A stretch of 64,000 nt of DNA from an uncultured Verrucomicrobiae bacterium (GTDB lineage: Bacteria; Verrucomicrobiota; Verrucomicrobiia; Chthoniobacterales; Chthoniobacteraceae): the NCBI GenBank assembly GCA_963828525.1, contig CAWHEP010000002.1:64001-128000 (forward strand), read 5' to 3'. Numbering within the stretch: position 1 is the first letter of the stretch; each line of letters opens with the position of its first letter. Made by a program: the position numbers and the translations under genes. Positions 9,679-18,312 of this stretch are shown piece by piece. Below the pieces are notes generated by a model. That model had not been told where the DNA came from and did not search any database. It saw nothing but the letters and a program-made list of their open reading frames with translations.

Positions 9679-10397
9679 GGGGTCAGGCAACATTTCTTGA
9701 CAGATTGACCCACTTTTGGAGGGGGATGGGGAGCTTCGTCTTTCGGTTTGGCTGGCGGCGCAGTTGTTGGCTGGCGTTTTCGGGGCTTTTCATGGCTAGG
9801 TGGCTTGCGATCCACCGCAAATCCGCCTGGGTGTTTTCCCATATAACCCGGGCTATGGCGACCTTTTATAAGGCTGCTGCCAGGTTTGACTGCCAGCTCC
9901 CGGTCGTTTACCCCGCGGCTTGCAATCCCTGCGCCAGCAACCGCTCCGCCTCTTGCAGGCCATGCGCGCGGCTTTCCCCACTGGCACGGTATCCGCGGTG
10001 GCGCGCCCTTTTTTAATGTCGCCTCGCCGAGCTTAAGCATCCCTTCGGCGAACGCCTGGCTCCCCCAATACCATCCGCGTCTTAAAGAACTCATGCGCCG
10101 GTCCGCTTCGGCATCCTCAACCGGCACCCCGGCTCTCTCGGCCACTTCTTCGGCCGCCCGCCGATCCAGACCTCTCACGAACTCTCGCCTGCCCGCCGCC
10201 GTATCCGTATATCCCAGTTCCCGCAGGCCTTCACCGACTGCGAGCCACTTCGCGCGTTTGCCAGCAGTCAGCGCGTATCCGCAGGCCACGCTGCTCCAGG
10301 CATAATCCATCACGCTTTGCCCGCCCGAGGATCGATCAACCTGGCCAATAAGCGAGGTATCTGTCAAGAAATGTTGCCTGACCCCGATTCCATGCGC
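9666..10397 (-). mobile_element. Non-autonomous RAYT/HUH-derived element, copy 2
   Basis: Perfect 27-bp IR GGGGTCAGGCAACATTTCTTGACAGAT at 9679-9705 and 10359-10385. Interior nearly identical to copy 1. Confidence 0.8.
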
Positions 10398-10660
10398 GTG
10401 TCGTGAACGGGCAAATACTTCATCTTTCCCCAGGCGTGCGGAACTTGCTGCTCGGCGTGAAGTCCAGCGTCAAGAACCGCCGCGCCTGCTGATCCAATAC
10501 GCGTGATCGCGGTGAATTCCATCCGAGCAAGTGCGCCGCGAGCGGTAAAGAGGTCTGGCTTCCATCCTCCGGTGGGCGAATTATAAAGGCAAGACGCGCC
10601 GCGCTCCGGGCGAGGTGCCGGTCGTGATCACGTCCCCATGCTCAAGTGACCTCGGCGCTA

Positions 10661-11170
10661 TCAAGAGCGGGTTCTTGAATCGAAGGGCGGTTCCGGGTCC
10701 AGCGTCACCCCCGGCGCATTCCGGCTCGTCGTGTCATTGAGGATCAGCCGGTGCGAAGGAGTCAGCTCCATCATCGACACCTGCGGGTTGGTGTTGTCCA
10801 AGGTCGCCTCGCTCCAGAGCCAGTCCAGCGCCCCCCGCGTCCCGCCCATCCGCAACATGCTAGCATTGCCATTCTGCGCGTCCGTGTAGTGGAAAGCCAG
10901 CGCGTTCTGCGCCTCCGTGCCGCTCGTCACCCAGCTCCCCATCGTCAGGATGTTGCCCTGGATATCGAGGTCGCCATTGAGCTTCCTGCTCTGACCCAGC
11001 ACGCCGCCAGCAGGGGTAATGCCGGCCGCTTGGGTTACCGCCGCCGCTTCCCGGCTGGCTTGGACCCCCAACCGTTGCCACGCTGCCGGGAACTTGGCCC
11101 GGGAAGCTAAACAACCCGGTCCCTGTCGCGTATGAGCCCGTGTAATGCGCGCCATCCGGGCCAGTCAGGC
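10661..11170 (-). pseudogene. Internal fragment of a large surface or adhesin-like protein
   Basis: Gly/Thr/Asn-rich stretch LNGDLDIQGNILTMGSW...MMELTPSHRLIL. Frameshifted, with no proper start. Confidence 0.4.
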
Positions 11171-11374
11171 TTCCGGCCTCGCTATCAGCGCATGGTAATG
11201 GTTGTCCATCAACACCCATGCATGAACTCGCCAGCCAGTCATTGAGCGCCTCTCCGAGCGTTTCAAAAAGAAGCGCCGAATCGTCGTCCGATTCGAATAT
11301 CTTGCCTCGGCGGTTCCCTCGCGCCATCACGTGGTAGAACGCTCCAGGTATTCGATGCGAATGCTGCGCGGCAT
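11170..11374 (-). pseudogene. N-terminal fragment of a REP-associated tyrosine transposase (RAYT, Y1_Tnp)
   Basis: MPRSIRIEY / FYHVMARGNRRGKIFESDDD / GWRVHAWVLMDNHYH (HUH motif) across frameshifts. IR copy upstream at 11405-11428. Confidence 0.85.
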
Positions 11375-11380
11375 CTCCTT

Positions 11381-11410
11381 CTCATACCGATAAGAGAGCG
11401 TATTTGTCAA
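11381..11410 (-). promoter_or_regulatory. Candidate RAYT promoter with its -35 box inside the IR
   Basis: Minus strand TTGACA-N18-TATGAG-N6-ATG. The -10 box is a weak match. Confidence 0.35.
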
Positions 11411-11413
11411 GAG

Positions 11414-11611
11414 ATGTTGCCTGACCCCTATTTGCGCATTTTAGCCCAGCACTTAGGCACCAGCAGTTCTTATCGATTTACGTTGCGCTCAGGCGAGACT
11501 ATCAGCGGCAAAGTGCATACGTTTTCGTCACGTTGGATCGTAGTAGAGTGTCCTGATCACAAGCGGACGTTTATTGCCTTCGATGCCATTGAGGCGATCA
11601 GCGAGGAATAG
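11414..11611 (+). CDS. Small protein with a possible Sm/Hfq-like beta-barrel, 65 aa
   Basis: YRFTLRSGETISGKVHTFSSRWIVVE...TFIAFDAIEAI pattern. Its ATG lies inside the IR. Confidence 0.45.
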   Translation: MLPDPYLRILAQHLGTSSSYRFTLRSGETISGKVHTFSSRWIVVECPDHKRTFIAFDAIEAISEE

Positions 11612-11666
11612 CGACTCCCGGCTGCCGCGACCGGACGGAAAATGGCAGGATTCTCGATTTACCCAT

Positions 11667-11778
11667 CGAAGCCATGCTTCGCCGCTCGCGACACTTTGTC
11701 GCGAGAACTGTCGCGAGAACCAGGATGGCGGAAGCGGACATGCCGCTTCGCGACAGAGTGTCGTGAGAGTCGTCGCGA
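11667..11778. repeat. Cluster of GTCGCGA-based palindromes and hairpins
   Basis: CTCGCGACA-CTT-TGTCGCGAG, TGTCGCGAGAAC x2, GAAGCGG-ACATG-CCGCTTC, TCGCGACA-GAG-TGTCGTGA. Confidence 0.7.
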
Positions 11779-13293
11779 TCACGGTTTCTGCACCTCGTAT
11801 TCGGTGGAGGAACTCGCGCCCGCCTTGCGCAGCAATCCCAGTTCGACTAACCTCTTGAGGTGGCGCTGCGCCTTCCGGGAATCAAATCCCATGTGAAGGG
11901 CATACTCTTTCCGCGTGACCGAGGTTTTGGTAGCCAGAAACGCCCAACCCCGTTTCTCGTCTTTGTTCAAGGCTTTTAATACGTCGGCTGTCAGAGCGCC
12001 CACCGCCGCTTGCACATTCCGGTAAATGGTCAGGCTCAAGTAAAGCCCATCGAACGCATACTTCGGTACCGGCAATCCATGCTTTGTGGCGGCTTCTCCG
12101 AGAGTCCTCATCCCAAACCCGCGCCCCTCCACCAGCTTTGTTCCGCCAAACGCAAACTGAAGCTTGGGATTCCGGTTATACATCGGCGCGGTAAACGCCT
12201 GCATTTGTTCCACGGTAATGGGAGCCAGCGGAGCGCCCGGACTGCGCACCGTGACCGTGTCCGCGGTCACCACCAAATGACAGGTGGCGCCAACAAGGTC
12301 GTAATCGCGATGCACCAGCGCGTTGATTACCGCCTCGCGCACCAGTTCGAATGGCAACGCGGGCCGCTCTTCACGCGTCATGCGGCTCCGGTCGATCACA
12401 TTCGGTAGCTTCGGGCGCAGCCAATCCTCCACCAGATCGGGAATAAGAATGGTCGGCCCGTCGAAGTTCCGAATCTCGTGCGTGCCATCGGGATACTCGA
12501 TCGTCGCATTCAACCCGGCCTGGTGCAGAATCTCGCGCGGGGCTTTCCCAAAAAGCAGGAAACCAAATCCGGTTGGCACAAGCTTCGAACCGTGGCGGCG
12601 GAGCAATCCCTGGTGCTCCAACCGCTGAAGGAATCCGGCGGAAATCGTCTTGTCCGGAATTTTCGTCCGCCCGCGATAGCGCGCAAGAGCATCTGAGGCC
12701 AGGTCTGTCAGCTTCCCGCCGGCCAGCGCCTCGTCCCATCGCGAAAGCAGCGAAGGCATGGCCGCCTTTAGGTTTCTGGCTTCGGCAGCGCGCTTCAACG
12801 CATGGGTGATGAACTCCTTGTTGGCCTCACGAATCTGCTCCTGCAAATCGCGGTCGAATAGGTGAACCTTGATGCCGTTCTCTTCCAGATAACGGATGCC
12901 CTGGCGGTCCACCGTGGGATCAGGATCCTCGATGCCCACCCAAACCTCCGCAATCCGGGCGCTCACGATCCGTTCCGCACAGGCCATCTTCGGATGTTTC
13001 CTGGCCCCCGGCGCGCACGGTTCCAGAGTGGCGAACAGAAACGAACGATCGAGCCGTTCATCGCGATGCTTGCGTTCGAGCAACGTGTATTCGGCGTGGT
13101 CGCCATGGCGAAGCTCTCCTCGGCACGCGGCATCTATCACACCGTCCGGTTTCACAAGCACCGCACCCACCAGCGGACTTGGCTTCCCGTCCGCGCGTGG
13201 CTCGTTGATGGATTGCTTCATCACCTCGATGGCCTTCTCCATCATCTTTCGCGCGCCGAGTTTTGGCTTGGAAGGGGAGGAACTTGTCACCAT
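11779..13293 (-). CDS. Zn-dependent deaminase (RibD/dCMP-like) fused to a HATPase_c_4 (RecG-C-like) domain and a winged HTH
   Basis: PLVGAVLV, HAEYTLLE, TLEPCAPGARKHPKMAC; VREAVINALVHRDY, SPG, RNPKL, VEGRGFGM; C-terminal TRKEYA..RKAQRHLKRLVELGLL. Confidence 0.85.
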   Translation of the reverse strand: MVTSSSPSKPKLGARKMMEKAIEVMKQSINEPRADGKPSPLVGAVLVKPDGVIDAACRGELRHGDHAEYTLLERKHRDERLDRSFLFATLEPCAPGARKHPKMACAERIVSARIAEVWVGIEDPDPTVDRQGIRYLEENGIKVHLFDRDLQEQIREANKEFITHALKRAAEARNLKAAMPSLLSRWDEALAGGKLTDLASDALARYRGRTKIPDKTISAGFLQRLEHQGLLRRHGSKLVPTGFGFLLFGKAPREILHQAGLNATIEYPDGTHEIRNFDGPTILIPDLVEDWLRPKLPNVIDRSRMTREERPALPFELVREAVINALVHRDYDLVGATCHLVVTADTVTVRSPGAPLAPITVEQMQAFTAPMYNRNPKLQFAFGGTKLVEGRGFGMRTLGEAATKHGLPVPKYAFDGLYLSLTIYRNVQAAVGALTADVLKALNKDEKRGWAFLATKTSVTRKEYALHMGFDSRKAQRHLKRLVELGLLRKAGASSSTEYEVQKP

Positions 13294-13342
13294 GGGCAGC
13301 GTGATTCTATCGAGCCGATTCCCGTCCAGCCACGCTCAATTT

Positions 13343-13790
13343 TCAACTTAAAAGACCCATCGGCTGGCGAGGCGCATCTTTCATCCGGACCTCGCAGTCA
13401 ATTCCGGGGCGTTGAAACAAGGAAGGTGGCAGGTTATGGCGGTATTCCCTGACTTCGTTTTCAGTAATCAGTCCGCGCTTGCGTGCCTCGGCGAACGCCT
13501 GAGCCAGCAGATCAGGAGAAAGCTCCTGTGCTTCATTCAGATCGAGAATGGTTCTCATGGGGCGCGTAAACGCGGAACCCCGTGCGCTCTTCGGTCACCT
13601 CGGCGAGCAGGTCGGCATGGGGCAGGACAAGCACAGGCGGTATTTTGGAATTCTTGCGAAATTTCATGGCACCGTCATGTGGAGCTTGGACGGCATCACA
13701 TCCGACAGGTCATGGATGCTGCGAGCCGTTTGATGCGAATAAGCCCCCCTGCGGATGATCCTGTCTGTCTCGTGACCAGAGAGACCAGCG
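13343..13790 (-). pseudogene. Type IV TA AbiEi-family antitoxin remnant
   Basis: GAYSHQTARSIHDLSDVMPSKLHMTVP (about 13748-13666), then PMRTILDL after a stop and frameshifts. Confidence 0.6.
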
Positions 13791-13800
13791 CCATGCGACG

Positions 13801-14406
13801 TCAGATCAGGAGCTTCAAGGACTGCCTAAGCAAGTCTTCAGAGTTGGCTGCGCCTCCGGCGGCTTTGCTTGCCTGAGTAACGACTTTGAGCGCTTCGACC
13901 TGTTTGTAGCCGAGGGAGATAAGACCCAGAACGGCATCATTAATGGAAGTCTCTTCCTGGGTGGGAGCGCGTCCCGCGCTGGCGGCTTCCCACGCGGCGG
14001 CGACGCCGACCTTGTCCTTGAGTTCCAAAACAATGCGCTCCGCGGTCTTTTTGCCGACGCCGCTGATGCGGGAGAGCGCCTGCGCGTCCCCGTTCACGAC
14101 GGCTTCCTTGAACAGGGTGACACTCATGCCGCTAAGCACGGCCAAGGCGAGCTTTGGTCCGATGCCTGAGACATGATTGACGAGCAGGCGGAACAAGTCA
14201 CGCTCAGCAGTGGACATGAAGCCATAAAGCACATGGGCGTCCTCGCGCACCTGCAGATGGGTAAGTATCTTGATGGAGCCGCCGGGTTGCGGCAGTTTGT
14301 CGAAACTGGATAGCGGTATGAAAACCTGGTAGCCAACGCCGTTGACGGCAACGACGATTTGTGTTGGCAGAGACTCGGCCAGAAGGCCTTCAAGAAACGT
14401 GATCAT
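13801..14406 (-). CDS. ruvA: Holliday junction branch migration protein RuvA
   Basis: MITFLEG, VNGVGYQV, VREDAHVLYGF, VSGIGPKLA, GVGKKTAERIVLELKDK. Confidence 0.97.
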   Translation of the reverse strand: MITFLEGLLAESLPTQIVVAVNGVGYQVFIPLSSFDKLPQPGGSIKILTHLQVREDAHVLYGFMSTAERDLFRLLVNHVSGIGPKLALAVLSGMSVTLFKEAVVNGDAQALSRISGVGKKTAERIVLELKDKVGVAAAWEAASAGRAPTQEETSINDAVLGLISLGYKQVEALKVVTQASKAAGGAANSEDLLRQSLKLLI

Positions 14407-14467
14407 AGATATGCAGAAAGCAGATAGCAGACGGGGGCGCGGGAATGAAGCGTTTTGCGGCAGGGGG

Positions 14468-15076
14468 ATGGCTTGTTTTGTCCTGCTGATGCTCCTGTCA
14501 GGCGGGATGGCAAACGCGCAGATGTCCGACCCGAAGACATGGGTGGTGGCCATCGAGCCCAAGTTCATGCGCCCGGCGCTGGCGCAGCCGATCTCGCGAG
14601 CGGAGCGGACGGTTCTCGCGCCGGGGTATATGGACGGAGGGACGCTGCGCTATTTTTCGACCGAAGAGTTCGCGAGCCTGACCACCGGATGGGAGGCTTT
14701 TAGCCGCCGGGCGCGCGATAACGCGCAGCTCGCGTTGGGGAAGCTGAAGCCGATCTATACGCGCGACAAGAAGAAGGTTATCGAGTACGCGGCGCTAAAA
14801 TCAGACGGGCCGGAGGTGGCCGCGACTGTCCTTGCGCCCAAATTCCTCGATCTCTTCAAGGACATCTTTGGGAGTCATCTGATACTCGCGATTCCAAGCC
14901 GGGAGAGGGTGTATGTGTTCCCCAAGCTCGCGAGCACCTACCAGGAGCATGCTTCGATGGTGATTGATGAATACCGCGCTTCATTGCACCCGGTCAGTCT
15001 CGAGGTATTCGAGCTGGATGCCACTGGTCTTAAGGCTATCGGGATCTTTGAGGACGCTGAGGAGGACGGGCTCTAA
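14468..15076 (+). CDS. Hypothetical exported protein, possibly DUF1444-like
   Basis: Signal-like MACFVLLMLLSGGMANAQ; LAIPSRERVYVF and VSLEVF motifs. Start uncertain. Confidence 0.6.
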   Translation: MACFVLLMLLSGGMANAQMSDPKTWVVAIEPKFMRPALAQPISRAERTVLAPGYMDGGTLRYFSTEEFASLTTGWEAFSRRARDNAQLALGKLKPIYTRDKKKVIEYAALKSDGPEVAATVLAPKFLDLFKDIFGSHLILAIPSRERVYVFPKLASTYQEHASMVIDEYRASLHPVSLEVFELDATGLKAIGIFEDAEEDGL

Positions 15077-15113
15077 CGATCCGCCGATTCGAAATTAACC
15101 GCAGTCAAACGGT

Positions 15114-17375
15114 TTACTTGGTGACGCTGGCTGTTTGCTGGGGTTGGGAAAGGCTTACAAGATCCGCCACTATGTTCAGGGCTTCGACACGGATTGGATC
15201 CACAGCCACTGCCGCAGGACCGCCGCTTTCCTCGTCCATGTCATCGGCGTCGGCATCTTGGTCGACTTTAAGGTCTTTCTTTGCCCCTTTGGATCCAGCC
15301 ACATCCTTTTTGTCGGTCTTCACCAACTGCAACTCAGGGTTGTTTACGTTGTCGAGAGTGACCTCATAACGCTTTTCGGGAGGCGCTTTCTCTTTCGCCC
15401 TCTCTGCAGTACGCGCGTCGGTTGTCTGCTTGTCCTTGAGAAGCTCATCCCGTCTTGTAACCTCGTTGAGCGAGACTTTGTTCTCCGCGAGCTTTCGCTT
15501 CGTCTTATCGAGATCTTCGACGATGAAATGGAACTCCTGACTTGCGGCAACTCTCTCGGCGGAGCGCTTTTTCAGCTCGGCCAGGAACAAGGGGTGATCG
15601 GTGACTTTCTCGAAGGGAGCGGGATCGACTTCGTCGTAGCTCATAGGCCCCTTCAGGGCGCCTTCACCCAAATCGGGATGGTCGAACAACGAGGGGAGCT
15701 TGATATCCGAGATGACACCGCGCAGTTGGGTGGAACCACCGGCAATGCGGTAGAATTTCTGGATGGTGAGCTTGAGGGCGCCCGCATCGTTTGTGTCGCC
15801 CCCGAGAAATGGAATTACACGCCCGATCTGAACCATCGTCTGCACGGTGCCTTTTCCGAAGGTGCTGGCATCGCCAACGATGACGGCGCGCTGGCAATCC
15901 TGAAGGGCAGCGGCAAAAATCTCACTGGCGCTGGCGCTGAGCCTGTTGGTGATAACAACCATCGGGCCCTCATAAGCGATGTCGGTCTCTTTGTTCTTCA
16001 AGACGTGGATGGTGCCATTCGCATCCTTGGACTGAACAACGGGGCCTTTTTTGACGAATAATCCCGTGAGGTTGATGGCTTCGTCGAGAGAACCGCCCCC
16101 GTTCCGACGCAAGTCGATGACGAGGCCTTCGATGTTCTCCTGCTTCAGACGATTCAAGAGCGCCAGGACATCCTGGGTGGTGCTCCTGGCCCCCTTCGTG
16201 CCAGCGTGTTCCATGTCCGCGTAGAATGAGGGCAGCATGATCCAACCGAGACGGTGGGCGCGGCCAGCGGGATCCGCGCGCTCAATGATCTCGGCCTTCG
16301 CCGCCTGATCCTTTAGCTGAATCTCGTCGCGAACAATCTGAACCGTCTTGCGCTTGGCAGGATCGGTGGCGTGGGCCGGAATGACTTGAAGTCTGACGGT
16401 AGTGCCCTTCTTGCCGCGGATCATGTCCACCACCTTGTCGAGCTTCATATCCACAGCGTCCACGAAATCCCGGTCGCCCTGCGCGACCGCGCTGATTTTA
16501 TCGTTCACTTTCAAGTGGCCATCCTTCTGAGCCGGACCGCCGGGAACCAGATCTGTGACGGTGGCGCAACCCTCCTCGGAACGCAGCACAGCCCCGATGC
16601 CAACCAAAGACAAACGCATCTGGATCTCAAAGTTATCGAGGTCCGCCTTGCTGAGGTATTCGGAATGAGGATCGTAGGTTTGAGCGAGAGTGGAGAGGTA
16701 TATCTTGATCGCGTCGTCGTGAGTTTCCTCGTGGACGTTGCGAAGGATGTTGTCGTAACGGTGCGACACGGTCTTGATAGCCTCGGCGAGAGGATCAAGC
16801 GGTTTGCCCGAGGCATCTGTTTTGTTCTCCTTCGTCTTGGGAGACTCTGTGGCAGCGGAAGGCGACTTATTAAGCTTTTCCTGGAGGAGCTCGCCCTCCA
16901 CGCGGTCGCGCCAGAGTTGGTCCGCCTCTTGCATGTCCTTGGGCCATGGAGCTTTTTGCCTGTTTATCTCGATGGTTCGGTTGCTATCGAAAGCGTATTT
17001 TTCCTTGAGCAACTGCTTCACCATCCCGATGCGATCTTCCACTCTCTTGATATAGAGGTCCCAGATTTCGAAAGCGGGATTAACATTGCCGAGCAGGATG
17101 TCGTCATTAAGCGAGCCGCCGTATTTGGCATTAAAGCCATCGATGTCCTGTTGCGTGAAGAAGGTCTTGTTGTAGTCAAGCTGCTCCAGGTAATTCTTCA
17201 GGAAGAGGCGGGCGGTATCGGGATCCAGCTTATGCCGGGAGTAGTGAACCTGCTCCAGGAGACGCCCGACGGAAGCGCAAATCTGGCCGGGGTCGGGCCC
17301 GGTTGCTTTTAACGATGAGCCGCCGAGGAAAGCCGCCAAAACCAGGGCGGACGAGAGCAATCTAGTAATCTTCAT
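15114..17375 (-). CDS. prc: Carboxy-terminal processing (tail-specific) protease, S41, with PDZ domain
   Basis: DPHSEY, GIGAVL, IDLRRNGGGSL, SASASEIFA, TFGKGTVQ. Signal peptide from MKITRLL. Confidence 0.93.
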   Translation of the reverse strand: MKITRLLSSALVLAAFLGGSSLKATGPDPGQICASVGRLLEQVHYSRHKLDPDTARLFLKNYLEQLDYNKTFFTQQDIDGFNAKYGGSLNDDILLGNVNPAFEIWDLYIKRVEDRIGMVKQLLKEKYAFDSNRTIEINRQKAPWPKDMQEADQLWRDRVEGELLQEKLNKSPSAATESPKTKENKTDASGKPLDPLAEAIKTVSHRYDNILRNVHEETHDDAIKIYLSTLAQTYDPHSEYLSKADLDNFEIQMRLSLVGIGAVLRSEEGCATVTDLVPGGPAQKDGHLKVNDKISAVAQGDRDFVDAVDMKLDKVVDMIRGKKGTTVRLQVIPAHATDPAKRKTVQIVRDEIQLKDQAAKAEIIERADPAGRAHRLGWIMLPSFYADMEHAGTKGARSTTQDVLALLNRLKQENIEGLVIDLRRNGGGSLDEAINLTGLFVKKGPVVQSKDANGTIHVLKNKETDIAYEGPMVVITNRLSASASEIFAAALQDCQRAVIVGDASTFGKGTVQTMVQIGRVIPFLGGDTNDAGALKLTIQKFYRIAGGSTQLRGVISDIKLPSLFDHPDLGEGALKGPMSYDEVDPAPFEKVTDHPLFLAELKKRSAERVAASQEFHFIVEDLDKTKRKLAENKVSLNEVTRRDELLKDKQTTDARTAERAKEKAPPEKRYEVTLDNVNNPELQLVKTDKKDVAGSKGAKKDLKVDQDADADDMDEESGGPAAVAVDPIRVEALNIVADLVSLSQPQQTASVTK

Positions 17376-17479
17376 GTAAGAGGAGTCGTGTCCCCGCGAT
17401 CCAGACAGGCGGAGAAGCCTGCAAAGCTGGCAGAGAAATAGCCGCAAATCAAATAAGGCAGCGTCTGATTCGACCAATC

Positions 17480-18307
17480 TCAGGCAGAAACGTTCGATTT
17501 ACCGCATTCTATTAAATGCTCCACGTGGGAGGCGTACTCCTGGCGCAAGCGCGTGGAAACCGCTGTGGACCGGAATGCCGCCGCTCGAAATGCCACCACT
17601 GGCATGATGCCCAACCATGAATTGGTTATAAACACTTCCTGCGCCGAATGAAGGTCGCGCTCCGCCAGGTCGCATTCCAACACGGGCGTTTTGCTCATAA
17701 CCCATGCCCGGATAACGCCCATGCGGGCGCCCGTGGAAGGGGCGGGCGTAAGCACCTCGCCTGCTTTCACCAGAAACAGATTTGCCGAGGCTGTGGAGAT
17801 CAACCGGCCTGCCGCATCCATGAGAACCGCCTCGTCCTGGCCCCGCTCGCGGCACTGCGAAAGCGCCAGGGCGTTACCCCAGTAGTTCCCCGTCTTCCAG
17901 CCGGACAACGGAATGTGCCGCCGCTGATCCAAGCCCAGGCGAAAACCGGCGGCGAGCCTTTCCTGCGAGACCGGCTGGCGCTCCTCGATAAACAGGTAAA
18001 CGCGACAACCATGAAAGGCGTCGGTAAGGGATCCATCACCCGCCGTCACGTAGATGCGCGCGAAGCCGCTGCTTCCCGACTCCCTCAGCAACGCGCCCGC
18101 ATACGCGAGCGCGTCTGGAGGCAGGATGAAACGGGCCTCCCTGCATCCCTGCTCCAGCCGCCGGATGTGTTCATCGATGAAGAGAGCGATTCCCGCCACG
18201 ACAGGGAAACTTTCAAAGAGGGACATGCCATACCGGAAACCGCGATCCGAAATCGGGATGGCGTCAAATTCCGAGAAACAGCCGTCCCGCCATTGCCAGC
18301 AGAGCAT
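17480..18307 (-). CDS. Class IV PLP-dependent aminotransferase / aminodeoxychorismate lyase-like
   Basis: DRGFRYGMSLFES, WKTGNY, ANLFLV, EVFITNS. Confidence 0.88.
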   Translation of the reverse strand: MLCWQWRDGCFSEFDAIPISDRGFRYGMSLFESFPVVAGIALFIDEHIRRLEQGCREARFILPPDALAYAGALLRESGSSGFARIYVTAGDGSLTDAFHGCRVYLFIEERQPVSQERLAAGFRLGLDQRRHIPLSGWKTGNYWGNALALSQCRERGQDEAVLMDAAGRLISTASANLFLVKAGEVLTPAPSTGARMGVIRAWVMSKTPVLECDLAERDLHSAQEVFITNSWLGIMPVVAFRAAAFRSTAVSTRLRQEYASHVEHLIECGKSNVSA

Positions 18308-18312
18308 CGGGT

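Noticed and set aside
6712..10397. Composite transposon formed by the two direct copies around 7447-9665
   Set aside because: Copy 2 truncates the cargo ORF at 9544 and there is no outer TSD, so independent insertions fit better. Not fully excluded.
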